Both the position numbers and the translations under genes were made by a program. Positions 1 through 9,141 of a DNA stretch of 21,757 nucleotides are shown in pieces (position 1 is the first letter of the stretch; every line of letters starts with the position of its first letter). The notes below the pieces were generated by a model that saw only the letters and a list, made by a program, of their open reading frames with translations, was not told the DNA's origin and did no database searches. The DNA lies in NCBI GenBank assembly GCA_041746255.1, contig JBGTHM010000017.1, positions 1 through 21,757 on the forward strand. Direction: 5' to 3'. This DNA comes from Fibrobacteria bacterium (GTDB lineage: Bacteria > Fibrobacterota > Fibrobacteria > UBA11236).

Positions 1-947
1 TTCCCCAATGCGCTCATATGCATCAAATCCAGGAAATATTCCTGCTCGGGAAATTGATGGGCCTTTTTAAAAACTCCGGTCATGTCTATGACGCGTTGGT
101 TCTTCTCGGTTCGTAATTCACCCAGGAAGCGCAATCTACCCCGTTGGATGTTTGCGTAATCCATGCCCTTGGCCAGCCATTGGTCATTCTCGAAATAGGG
201 GTATTGCACGAATATTGGGGTAATGGAAAGGGAATCGGAGAGAGCGATTATACGAAGGATATCCTCTCTCCATAGACTATCGACTTTTTGGGCTTGCATG
301 GCTTTGTATTTTTCGCCAACCCGCCGGTTTTCCCAAGTCTGGATGAGACCCTCGACCCTCCACCGTAGTACGCTGAGGTAGAGGTAACAATTATTTTGCA
401 TCCATTTGTCCCATCTCGTTATCCAGCCGTCCCGTGGGGTTTTAATATTGGCGGGAACCCAGGAAGAGGGATCAGACATGTCTCGTACGTCGTTCCAACC
501 AGTATACACAATGAAATAATCGGGGCTATAATCCGGAGCGATGGTTCGGATTATCTGGAGAAGGTGACGCGTTCCATAGCCGGAAGCGGCGCCATTGACA
601 ATGTCCACCTGTTCTACCCCAAGCCTGTCATTCAATTCCATCTGCAATAGGGACGGCCAGGATTTTTTTGCGGATAGCCCGTATCCGGCGCTGGTAGAGC
701 CGCCGAGGCAGAAAATGCGGGTTACCCCCTCCGATTTGTTTTTTGGATACGGACCTCCGATAAATCCTCCCAAGGAATTGGGATTTTCCGGGTTGTACCG
801 GTAATTAAGCACGGGATCATAAACAAAAATGGGAGCGGTATACTTCAAGGAATGGAATTTCCGGTACCGGACCACTCCTTCCAAAATTGCGAAAACGGTA
901 GCGAACAGGAATAAATTAATGACCGCAAGGTAGAAGGCTGTTTTCAT
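1..947 (-). CDS. SGNH/GDSL hydrolase family protein with N-terminal membrane anchor (3' end runs off the window)
   Basis: Translated by hand; not in the ORF track. ATG at 947, open to position 1: MKTAFYLAVINLFLFATVFAILEGVVRY...RIFCLGGSTSAGYG (block I Ser)...VNGAASGYG (block II)...YTGWND (block III)...YFLDLMHMSALG (block V DxxH). Confidence 0.88.
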   Translation of the reverse strand, partial: MKTAFYLAVINLFLFATVFAILEGVVRYRKFHSLKYTAPIFVYDPVLNYRYNPENPNSLGGFIGGPYPKNKSEGVTRIFCLGGSTSAGYGLSAKKSWPSLLQMELNDRLGVEQVDIVNGAASGYGTRHLLQIIRTIAPDYSPDYFIVYTGWNDVRDMSDPSSWVPANIKTPRDGWITRWDKWMQNNCYLYLSVLRWRVEGLIQTWENRRVGEKYKAMQAQKVDSLWREDILRIIALSDSLSITPIFVQYPYFENDQWLAKGMDYANIQRGRLRFLGELRTEKNQRVIDMTGVFKKAHQFPEQEYFLDLMHMSALG

Positions 948-952
948 GGTCG

Positions 953-996
953 AAATGAAGATAATGAGCCGTTGAGGTGGCTAATTATCTTCATTT
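953..996. repeat. Long inverted repeat / hairpin immediately upstream of the SGNH gene
   Basis: AAATGAAGATAAT (953-965) pairs perfectly with ATTATCTTCATTT (984-996). One mismatch follows, then AGCC/GGCT and an 8-nt loop. Confidence 0.7.
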
Positions 997-1045
997 GCGG
1001 GTGCCGATTCAACCCGCGGGTGGATTTTATTCCTGGATAGTAAGC

Positions 1046-2857
1046 TTATGGAAGGGCTTTAGCCCATAACAAGCCGCCTACCAGATGTGATGGCAGTCTT
1101 ACGCTTTCAACGGCATCCGTTGATGCGCGGCTATAGGACCAAATTTGCCGGCCGGACAAATCATACAAGACCAGCGAACTGTATCCGGCCGGCAATTGAT
1201 AGGCTCCTCCCGATAATTTAGGCTCGAGCAAACGGCGAACTTCGTGTCGCCCCTCAAACCGGGCCTTGATTCCAACCGTACTTTCAAAAGGCTTGTAGCA
1301 GGCTGCATCCTGGGGACCCTTGTATTCGACGCGGAACAACCGCGGACCCGCGCCAAGAGTGTATAACCTGTCGCTATACTTCAAGAGGTAAAGCGCTCCA
1401 TCGGGTCCGAACTGCGCATCGACGTAGGCGGCGGGGGAGGGGTTGCCATCGGGCTTGAAGTCCTCCACTCCAGCCGTACCTGCGGGAATTTTCCCATCCG
1501 AGGTCAGGGTTATCCACCTGAATATCTGTCGATGCCAATCGAAGAAAAACACTTTACCCTCGTAATAGGGGGGGAATCGGATAGCCGAGGTGGAAGTGGG
1601 GTCATAGCGGTACATGGGTCCGCCGATTGCCGTTGCATTGGAATTATCCGGGTTGGCCCAATTGGTGCCTTTGTTAAAGCGGGGATCATCGTTCGCTCCT
1701 ACCCGGCCGTATTCCACCAGGGCCGGTTTCGATGGCGGCATATATTTGATCCCCGTATTGTTGGGTGATTCATTAATCACCGCCAGGCAATTGAATTTGG
1801 CGCCATAGGTTGGTGGATCGGCGGTGACCATGCGGTTATAGGGTACATTGTATCCGTTGCAATAGGGAAATCCAAAAAAACCGGGCTCGGTAGCCAGATT
1901 CCACGAATCTTTTCCGGCCGGGCCCCGAGTTGCGCTATGGGATGCGGCATCCGGACCTACATTGCCCCAGAAAATCCATCCGGTTTTCGAGTCCACTCGC
2001 GCGCGATAAGGGTTTCGAAGGCCGAAGGTGTAGATTTCTTTGCGGACTAAATCGAGATTGTCGCTATTGTTCCAATTCGGATTGAAATTTTTATCGGTAA
2101 TTTTTTCCCAGAGGTTTCCCTTCGGAATATCGTAGGTAGAACCCGGGCCCGGCGTAGGTGAAACTCCGTCCGCGAATCGAATGGGCTTGATGCGGAGGAT
2201 TTTTCCGCGTAAATCGTTGGTGTTAGAAGCTGTTCTTTGGGCGTCCGCTGCCTCTCTTGCGATGTTGAGGGATCCGTACCTGGCATTGACATTGTCAGTT
2301 GGGTCGGTGTTGTCACCCACTGCGATTACCAACACCCCGTCATCATCCATGTCGAGGCCGCCGGCAGCATGTCTGGTATCATCCGTTGCGCGTGGGAAGC
2401 GAAGCAGGACCTTCTTAGCCGAAAATTCATTTTTACTGGAAACCGTGAATCTTGCCAGTTCCATGGCTCGATTCGGGCAATTCCGACCGCATGGGTCGGA
2501 ATAGAAGGCATAGAGCCATCCGGTGTTCGCAAAATCCGGATCGAGAGCGATTCCCAGCAAACCGTCTTCGGTTTGTGTAAAAGTAGGAATGGTCGTACCA
2601 AGTTGGGTATTGGCCGGATTATTCGGGGTGGGATTATAGACGCGAATTTCTCCGCTCATTTTGGCAATGAAGACCCGGCCATCGGGCGCTATAGCCAAAT
2701 GCACCGGCCCTTTGCTGGGGTCCTGCAATCCCATATTCGGTCCCACCAAAGTCACCACTCTGAAGTCCGAGCCGGTTGGTTGACGACAGGTGGATTGGGC
2801 CGCAACTAACACGGGGAGACAAAGCGTGCAAACCAGTAAAAAATATTTGGTGCTCAA
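1046..2857 (-). CDS. Secreted glucose/sorbosone dehydrogenase (GSDH, PQQ-sugar-dehydrogenase-like) beta-propeller protein with T9SS-CTD-like tail
   Basis: 603 aa; TTG start preceded by GGAGAGG; signal peptide. GSDH motifs EDGLLGIALDPDF, RHAAGGL, AVGDN, DLRGKILRI, GLRNPYR, QFGPDGALY. Tail LYDLSGRQIW...GGLLWAK. Confidence 0.85.
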   Translation of the reverse strand: MSTKYFLLVCTLCLPVLVAAQSTCRQPTGSDFRVVTLVGPNMGLQDPSKGPVHLAIAPDGRVFIAKMSGEIRVYNPTPNNPANTQLGTTIPTFTQTEDGLLGIALDPDFANTGWLYAFYSDPCGRNCPNRAMELARFTVSSKNEFSAKKVLLRFPRATDDTRHAAGGLDMDDDGVLVIAVGDNTDPTDNVNARYGSLNIAREAADAQRTASNTNDLRGKILRIKPIRFADGVSPTPGPGSTYDIPKGNLWEKITDKNFNPNWNNSDNLDLVRKEIYTFGLRNPYRARVDSKTGWIFWGNVGPDAASHSATRGPAGKDSWNLATEPGFFGFPYCNGYNVPYNRMVTADPPTYGAKFNCLAVINESPNNTGIKYMPPSKPALVEYGRVGANDDPRFNKGTNWANPDNSNATAIGGPMYRYDPTSTSAIRFPPYYEGKVFFFDWHRQIFRWITLTSDGKIPAGTAGVEDFKPDGNPSPAAYVDAQFGPDGALYLLKYSDRLYTLGAGPRLFRVEYKGPQDAACYKPFESTVGIKARFEGRHEVRRLLEPKLSGGAYQLPAGYSSLVLYDLSGRQIWSYSRASTDAVESVRLPSHLVGGLLWAKALP

Positions 2858-2995
2858 AGCCTCTCCCTTGTCTTTCTAAAACACGGTATTGCCACCATTT
2901 TCTTTAGGTAGCCCTTGTTCCGCCCAATTGTATGAGTCAAATCTAGTGGGATTCTATTTTTTAGATGCTGCACTACGGGCTTACCGGAAGAAATT

Positions 2996-3015
2996 CTGTA
3001 TCTTACATAATACAG
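2996..3015 (-). promoter_or_regulatory. Conserved 20-bp operator-like site 1 (CTGTATTATGTAAGATACAG on - strand)
   Basis: CTGTAT-N8-ATACAG palindrome about 140 nt upstream of the 2857 start; matches four other intergenic copies. Confidence 0.72.
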
Positions 3016-3134
3016 CTCTACAGTTTCTGAGTCAATTTTGGCCTTATTTCGCCAAATTTACAACCCACTCAGAAGGCTCCAAACGCCAGAATTCAAAAAA
3101 CCGAAAGCAACGTTCCATTCTCTCAGGCGCAATC

Positions 3135-4880
3135 CTACTTGAAACGTATTCCGTAGGTTCCTTCTCCCAAGGTGGAAGGCAGATTAATAGCCCGATGGCT
3201 TTGGTGCTCGGATATTTCACCTTTCCAAAGCAGACTGCCCGTAAGGCTATATACCTGGATCCCGGAAAACCCATGAGGGATTTCAACCTGTGATCCAACT
3301 ATGCCCTTTACCAGAAAACGATCCCAACCCGCCGCGGAATTCCTGCGGTTGCCGGAATCGAAAAGCGATGTTGTTTTAGGAGGGACCACCTGGGACCGGG
3401 GATTTGCCAGTGGCTTCAGGTTGGGGCTCTTCAACATGAAGATATCATGAAAGCTCGACGCTTGCTGAGCGTGGGCATGCATCAGGGTTACGTATAAATT
3501 ACCGTACGAGTCTTCGGGAAAGGAGGTCATACCGTTATGGTTGTTTAGTCCGGCAGTTGGGGGAAGTTGCCCCACTTTCCAAGCCACCCCAGGTTTGTTT
3601 TCATTGATCGCCAGAAAATAGGTGTCGCCCACGTCGGTTACTAAATGATGTCCATAAAAGGGAGAGGACGGATCTCCGCGGAAGGCCGGGCTCAGAACCA
3701 CGCACTTCATGGGAGTTCCCTCAAGCGCCGTTTTACGACCGCTCATCGACTTGCCGGCATGGTGGAAGTTCCACTCGGCATTGGTAAAATCAGCACAGGT
3801 CACTTTTTTATTGTCGGATTGCGGGCCCGTAAAGGAATAGGGATTCATGTCGGCGCCCGTGTTTGAAGAGGAATTGTAATCATGGGTATAACCGATTCCC
3901 GTTTCAGAATTATTGGAACAGGGGCCTTCAACTCCGATTCCTTGGCGTTTTGGCTGGCCATCTCCGCCATCCGCCCAGCCATAATTGGCACCGGGTTTGA
4001 TTATGTTTATTTCTTCCCAGGTGACCTGTCCCACCTCGGCTCCTAAAATCGACCCCGATATGTAATTGGGAGCCAGGATGTAAGTGTTCCTAAGTCCATA
4101 GGCATAGATTTCCTTTTTTACTTTCGGATCAGGTGAGCTATAGAATGGGTTGGAAGGCGGTATGGTATACAGCTTGCCCCCCTCAGGCTTGGAAACATCA
4201 ATACGCAAAACCTTGCGCATGTAATCGGTCAAATCCCAGCCATTTTTACTGTAGGAATTGATGGCGATATACAAATAACCGTCTTTTCCGAAAGTGATAC
4301 TGGCCGCTCCATGACCCTTTCCCTTATCGGCAACGAAAATAGTGGTGTCTTGCTTAAGAGATTGATAATCCTCCGATAAAATCCACCTTTCCACGACATA
4401 CAAACCCGGCGAACCGGCGGGGTTATCGCCCGGTTTATTTCCGACCACACCGGAATGGTAATGCGATTCATCCGCATACTTATTATAAATCATGTAAAAG
4501 TATCGGTTCGTGTGGAATTCGGGATCAAAAACCGCGGCATGCACTCCCTGTTCCATACCTTTGCGAACCATGATATTGAAATCGGCGACCTGCTTTTTCG
4601 CATAATCCTTAATGGCGCCTGGAGCGTAATTCTTCGTAGTGTCGGGATATAGCGTCCACACGAAACCGTAAAATCCCAATACCAGAAAGTGCTGGGGTTT
4701 TCCGGGTACTTCGACCATTCCCGATATGGTTTGTCGGTCGACTTTAAAACTCAAACCTTTTTTATTGGTGTCATAAAAAGGCACGGCGGTGATATCGTTC
4801 GGCAAGCTCTGGGAATAGCCTAACCCTGAAAATGCGTATACGAATGCCATAAAAACGGCTGCATAATTTTTAGGAAACAT
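3135..4880 (-). CDS. Secreted glucose/sorbosone dehydrogenase-like beta-propeller protein with T9SS-CTD-like tail
   Basis: 581 aa; SD GAGGTG; signal peptide. Motifs EQGVHAAVFDPEF, GHGAASITFGKDGYLY, KVLRIDV, IPPSNPF, EIYAYGLRN, EEINIIKPGANYGW, SFPEDSYGNLY. Tail VYSLTGSLLW...GTYGIRF. Confidence 0.85.
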   Translation of the reverse strand: MFPKNYAAVFMAFVYAFSGLGYSQSLPNDITAVPFYDTNKKGLSFKVDRQTISGMVEVPGKPQHFLVLGFYGFVWTLYPDTTKNYAPGAIKDYAKKQVADFNIMVRKGMEQGVHAAVFDPEFHTNRYFYMIYNKYADESHYHSGVVGNKPGDNPAGSPGLYVVERWILSEDYQSLKQDTTIFVADKGKGHGAASITFGKDGYLYIAINSYSKNGWDLTDYMRKVLRIDVSKPEGGKLYTIPPSNPFYSSPDPKVKKEIYAYGLRNTYILAPNYISGSILGAEVGQVTWEEINIIKPGANYGWADGGDGQPKRQGIGVEGPCSNNSETGIGYTHDYNSSSNTGADMNPYSFTGPQSDNKKVTCADFTNAEWNFHHAGKSMSGRKTALEGTPMKCVVLSPAFRGDPSSPFYGHHLVTDVGDTYFLAINENKPGVAWKVGQLPPTAGLNNHNGMTSFPEDSYGNLYVTLMHAHAQQASSFHDIFMLKSPNLKPLANPRSQVVPPKTTSLFDSGNRRNSAAGWDRFLVKGIVGSQVEIPHGFSGIQVYSLTGSLLWKGEISEHQSHRAINLPSTLGEGTYGIRFK

Positions 4881-5090
4881 TGGTCACCTCAATCAAGACT
4901 AAAGCCATAAATAGATTTTTACCCATCACGCTGAATATTTGACCATCAAGACCAAGTAATAAAGCGGTATTAACATAGAGTTTGATCCGGTTTTTGGGGT
5001 GAACTATTTGGATTGAATGGCCTTTAGGCGTTCCGGCCCGATTCCGATTTTGTGTAAAAAAGCGAAAAAGCTGCATTTCCGCGGATGTTT

Positions 5091-5110
5091 GTGTTTTACT
5101 CAGAATACAG
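5091..5110 (+). promoter_or_regulatory. Conserved 20-bp operator-like site 2 (GTGTTTTACTCAGAATACAG)
   Basis: In the divergent intergenic region, 114 nt before the sulfatase start at 5225; matches the consensus nTGTWTTAYnnARRATACAG. Confidence 0.7.
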
Positions 5111-5224
5111 TTTTATTGGTGTTTAGGCCAAGATCACCATTTGCGCTCAGTAGCGGGACTATACCTTGATATCCAACAAACCTGCCGTGTTCTGTAATGA
5201 TATGGAACTAAATAGGAGCCGGAT

Positions 5225-6928
5225 ATGGGATATAGGGGTGTACAAAATCATTTTCGGTCAATGGACAAATCAGCGGCTGTGCTGGGGTGCTTGCTGGCCT
5301 TTTTCAGTGCCGGCGCCGCAATGTCGCAAGACAGGCCTAATATTCTGCTGTGCAGTATTGAAGATTTGGGGATGCATATCGGTGCGGTAGGAACCCCGGC
5401 GGTAGCTACACCCAATTTCGACAAGCTAGTCGATCAGGGTTTGGTATTCTCCAAAGCCTTCGTAGCCGGGCCTACCTGTTCGGTGTCCAAGGCCTCATTG
5501 TATACCGGTCATTATCCGCATAGCAACAATCTTCGCACCAATGTCTGGAACAGCCACGGCCCGGTTACAAGACTGACCGGTTCCGCGAAAAATTTCAACG
5601 ATAACAACGCCATCTTGGATAGTATTCCCACGCTTATAGAGTTGCTGGTAAAAGGCGGCTACAGGACGGCATTAGGCGGAAAATTCCACATCTACCCGAA
5701 TCAAAAGTTTCCCTATTCCGATTGGAATCCCAATGAACCGGAGTTCATGAAAAAAACCGATAAACCCTGGTTTCTCGTTACCAAAGCCTCCGGGACTCAT
5801 CGCCCCTTCAGATCCGGTAAGGGTCCCGAACCGGATCGATCCAAACTGGAATTCCCCGGACACCTGCCTGATATGCCTGAAGTCAGGGAGGATTGGGCCA
5901 AATACCTTAGGATGGTCCAGTCAGCGGATGCTTCGATTCCCGCAGTACTGGATAGGCTGGAAAAATCGGGACAAAAGGACAATACCATTCTCATTATTAC
6001 CTCCGATCATGGACCGGCATATCACGCTAGGGGAAAATACACTCCCTACAATTTGGGGATGAACGTTCCCTTGATAGTTCTCGGTCCGGAAAAATGGGTG
6101 AAAAAGCGGGGGGGAGGCATTCTGACCAACTTGATTAACCAATTGGATCTCATGCCCACGATTCTGGACTATGCAGGACTTCCGATTCCCAAAGAAGTAC
6201 AGGGAATTTCGTTACGCGGGCTTTTTGAAAATCGCAGTGATTTCGAAGGCAACAAATATATTTTCGGAGAGGTTTCCCATCGGACCAACGACATGCACAA
6301 CCGTCCCACTGTGGAAAGCCGTTCCGTATTTGACGGCCGTTACCGGCTTGTTTTTCACGATAACCGGAATTTGAAATGGTTTCAGCCAGCGGACAATACA
6401 AATGTGAAAAGCTGGGATAATTACGTATACCCGGCGATAATGGCCAACAAAGCCAAGTTTCCGAAGGAGTTCGGCTTATTGGCTCAATGGGATAGTAATT
6501 ATCCGGAAACTCCTCCTGAGTTCGAACTCTATGATTTACAGAATGATAAGTGGGAGGTGAACAATATTTTTGGAAAACCTGAAGTTGCCGGCGTGCAACA
6601 CACGCTTATCAAAGCCTTGAAGGATTGGGCGATACGGACTCATGACACGAAATATATCGACATCAATAAATTGAAATATGACCCTGCGATGGCGTCTTTA
6701 GCTCCTGGGATTCGGAAGAAAGCACCCGCCATACATGTTAACGGAAGCAACATCGTCGTCAATTTCCAGGGGAATTACCGGTTGGAAATCCGGAATGTCA
6801 AAAATGAACTCGTTAAAAAAGCGCATGGGGTCACCGGTATCTCCACCCAATCCTTTTCACCCGGAATGTATTTCCTTACAGTCCATTCGGCGGTCGGCGT
6901 ATTTTCAGAAAAAGTGGTGGTTTTTTAA
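5225..6928 (+). CDS. S1 (formylglycine-type) sulfatase, sulfamidase-like, with signal peptide and T9SS-CTD-like tail
   Basis: 567 aa; SD AGGAG. Motifs RPNILL..IEDLG, TPNFDKL, CSVSKASLYTG, GYRTALGGKFH, HRP, TSDHG, VPLIV, DLMPTILD, QGISL, ELYDLQNDKWE. Tail PGMYFLTV...KVVVF. Confidence 0.9.
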   Translation: MGYRGVQNHFRSMDKSAAVLGCLLAFFSAGAAMSQDRPNILLCSIEDLGMHIGAVGTPAVATPNFDKLVDQGLVFSKAFVAGPTCSVSKASLYTGHYPHSNNLRTNVWNSHGPVTRLTGSAKNFNDNNAILDSIPTLIELLVKGGYRTALGGKFHIYPNQKFPYSDWNPNEPEFMKKTDKPWFLVTKASGTHRPFRSGKGPEPDRSKLEFPGHLPDMPEVREDWAKYLRMVQSADASIPAVLDRLEKSGQKDNTILIITSDHGPAYHARGKYTPYNLGMNVPLIVLGPEKWVKKRGGGILTNLINQLDLMPTILDYAGLPIPKEVQGISLRGLFENRSDFEGNKYIFGEVSHRTNDMHNRPTVESRSVFDGRYRLVFHDNRNLKWFQPADNTNVKSWDNYVYPAIMANKAKFPKEFGLLAQWDSNYPETPPEFELYDLQNDKWEVNNIFGKPEVAGVQHTLIKALKDWAIRTHDTKYIDINKLKYDPAMASLAPGIRKKAPAIHVNGSNIVVNFQGNYRLEIRNVKNELVKKAHGVTGISTQSFSPGMYFLTVHSAVGVFSEKVVVF

Positions 6929-6991
6929 ATAGCATGCTCTAATAGAGCGAATTCCAATTCCATTCGTTCCAATGGGTATCGGAGAGAAAAA

Positions 6992-9106
6992 ATGAACAGA
7001 ATATTCATGCTTGCCACAGTTAGTGTTTTCACACTGATACTCGCTCGTCCCCATAATGTTTCGGCTCAGTTTCCCGGAGAGGGAAAAGTTTTACAGACTC
7101 TGAAAAAAGAACGTCCGTTCCTGTTTCCCAAAGAGAGAGTCGCCATGATTAAACAGGCCATTGCCGAGGACCCTGTGGCGGCACGGACGTGGGAGCGGGT
7201 CCTGGCATTTGCCGATGAAGTTTTGACCATGCCCCCTTCCAAATACGAATTACGGGATGGCGTCCGCCTTTTATACGTATGCAAGGAGGCGCTTGAACGC
7301 ATACGCGCTCTCGGACTGGTTTTCCTGATTACCAATGAAAAGCCCTATGCCGACAGGGCCTGGGCGGAGTTGGAAGCGGTTTCCAATTTCAAGAACTGGA
7401 ACCCTGGCCATTATCTCGATGTAGGTGAAATGACCCATGCCGTCGGTATAGGTTATGATTGGTTGTACGACCAATGGACTCCCGCGCAACGGGGCCTGCT
7501 CGTAAAAGCCTTGGACGAAAAAGGCATGCAGCCCAGCCTGCAAAGATATTCGGCCTCCCAGGGATGGCACACCCGTAATCACAACTGGAATCAGGTGGTC
7601 AACGGCGGGCTTGTGGTCGGAGCTTTGGCCATCGCGGACACGAAACCGGAAATTTCCGCAAGCATTCTAAACAGCGCCTATAAAAGTATTCAGTTGCCGA
7701 TGAAAGCTTATGAACCCGATGGCGCCACATGGGAAGGACCCAGCTATTGGGATTACGGCAGCCGGTATAATGTCCATTTGCTTGATGCCTTCGAGACCGC
7801 TTTGGGCACGGACTTCGGACTGAGCGAGGTCGGGGCGTTCAAAGAAAGTGGTGATTACCAGATCTACCTGTCGGGAACCGATTTACAAGCTTTTGACTTC
7901 GGTGATTCGGGATTGGGCCCCCTTTCCGCAGCCCAGCACATGTGGATGGGTCGAAAATTCAATATCCCCCGCTATTCCTGGTTCCGTTATAATGCATTGG
8001 CCAACGGGCAAAATGGCGATGTGCTGGACCTAATCTGGTTTGATGGAAGCGCCAAGTCCTATGACATCAAGCAAATGCCGCTGGACCGCGCCTTCGGCGG
8101 GAATGACGTTGGTTCGATGCGCGATACCTGGACCAATGGCAAGGGGTTTGTTGTCGGGATTGAAGGCGGTAAAAACAATGCCCTCTCTCATCGGCACCTC
8201 GATCTCGGCTCTTTTATCCTGGAAGGCGCAGGCATTCGCTGGATTATCGACTCCGGTAGGGAATCGGCTGTCTATCACCGGAGTCAAAATGGGGCGGAAA
8301 GCCGCTGGGATTTTTACCGGCTGCGTACCGAAGGGCATAACACCTATGTCCTGAATCTCGACAAAGACGGGGGTAACCAAGATAGGACGGGCTCGGCAAG
8401 GTTTGTGAGTTTCGATTCGCAACCCGACAAGGTGGAAGCGGTTCTCGACATCTCCAAAGCCTACCCTCTGGCCAAAACCCTTACCCGGAAATTCACCCTG
8501 GTACGCGGCAAGTCCTTCACCATTACGGATATGATAGATTTGACCCAGTCCGCCGATTTGCGGTCGTTTTTCCATACGAAAGCCGCGGTGGAAATCAGCG
8601 GTGATAAACGGAAAGCCATTCTGAAACAGGGTGGAGGGGAGATGCGGATGGAAATCACCAAGCCCGCCTCCGCCGGGTTTGCCGTGGTTCCCGCTAAACC
8701 AGGCAAAGCGTCACCGCAATTGGATTTCCAGGAACAGAATGAAGACATGCGCAAGCTGATGATTCAAATCAATCCGGCCACTAAGACGGAAATAGAGGTG
8801 GTCTTCACAATGCTGGTTGAACCCGTCGCTTCCATCGGTGATAATCACAAATCATCAATGGGCAAATCACCGGCGGGCAATTTCCAGTTTTCCCGGAATG
8901 CCGGGCAGGTGATGCTTTATGTGCCCCATTCGGAAAGGCTGCGCGTCACATTGACCGATATCCAAGGCAGAGAGGTCGCTTCCCTGGTAAACTCAAGCGG
9001 GCGGGGATGGTATCCGGTGGACTTGAGCGGGAAGGTTACGGGAATGTATCTGCTGGCAATCAAGGGAATGGGCGACCAGTTGGCCCAACCCCTTGTTTTG
9101 CATTGA
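6992..9106 (+). CDS. Heparinase II/III-family polysaccharide lyase-like protein with T9SS-CTD-like tail
   Basis: 704 aa; SD GGAG; signal peptide. Helical N-domain with HYLDVGEM, GYDWLY, NHNWN and EGPSYWDYG. C-domain motifs HRHLDLGSFIL and TEGHNT. Tail LTDIQGREVA...GMYLL. Confidence 0.82.
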   Translation: MNRIFMLATVSVFTLILARPHNVSAQFPGEGKVLQTLKKERPFLFPKERVAMIKQAIAEDPVAARTWERVLAFADEVLTMPPSKYELRDGVRLLYVCKEALERIRALGLVFLITNEKPYADRAWAELEAVSNFKNWNPGHYLDVGEMTHAVGIGYDWLYDQWTPAQRGLLVKALDEKGMQPSLQRYSASQGWHTRNHNWNQVVNGGLVVGALAIADTKPEISASILNSAYKSIQLPMKAYEPDGATWEGPSYWDYGSRYNVHLLDAFETALGTDFGLSEVGAFKESGDYQIYLSGTDLQAFDFGDSGLGPLSAAQHMWMGRKFNIPRYSWFRYNALANGQNGDVLDLIWFDGSAKSYDIKQMPLDRAFGGNDVGSMRDTWTNGKGFVVGIEGGKNNALSHRHLDLGSFILEGAGIRWIIDSGRESAVYHRSQNGAESRWDFYRLRTEGHNTYVLNLDKDGGNQDRTGSARFVSFDSQPDKVEAVLDISKAYPLAKTLTRKFTLVRGKSFTITDMIDLTQSADLRSFFHTKAAVEISGDKRKAILKQGGGEMRMEITKPASAGFAVVPAKPGKASPQLDFQEQNEDMRKLMIQINPATKTEIEVVFTMLVEPVASIGDNHKSSMGKSPAGNFQFSRNAGQVMLYVPHSERLRVTLTDIQGREVASLVNSSGRGWYPVDLSGKVTGMYLLAIKGMGDQLAQPLVLH

Positions 9107-9141
9107 GCGATATGGAATTGTATCGACATAAGGAACCGGAA

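Noticed and set aside
396..804. Two short + strand ORFs (84 and 69 aa)
   Set aside because: They are antisense to the SGNH hydrolase, which has all four catalytic blocks in one frame.
2865..2884. Half-site GTGTTTTAGAAAGA (- strand) next to the SD of the first GSDH gene
   Set aside because: The right arm (ATACAG) is missing, so it is not counted as a sixth copy.
2996..3015. Reading the motif as a LexA/SOS box, NtcA site or CRP site
   Set aside because: Spacing is CTGT-N12-ACAG and GTA-N10-TAC rather than N8, the arms differ from TGTGA/TCACA, and the adjacent genes are not SOS or nitrogen genes.
3025..3074. Imperfect hairpin TTCTGAGT...TTTGGC/GCCAAA...ACTCAGAA downstream of the second GSDH gene
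   Set aside because: The stem is interrupted and has no U-tract; too weak to call a terminator.
2889..3298. 134-aa (+) and 84-aa (-) ORFs between the two GSDH genes
   Set aside because: They overlap the 3' end of a real gene and the operator-like site, and show no protein-like features.
9007..9141. N-terminal extension of the PL8 ORF in the ORF track
   Set aside because: It overlaps the upstream gene by 100 nt; ATG 9142 has an SD-like sequence and leads directly into a signal peptide.
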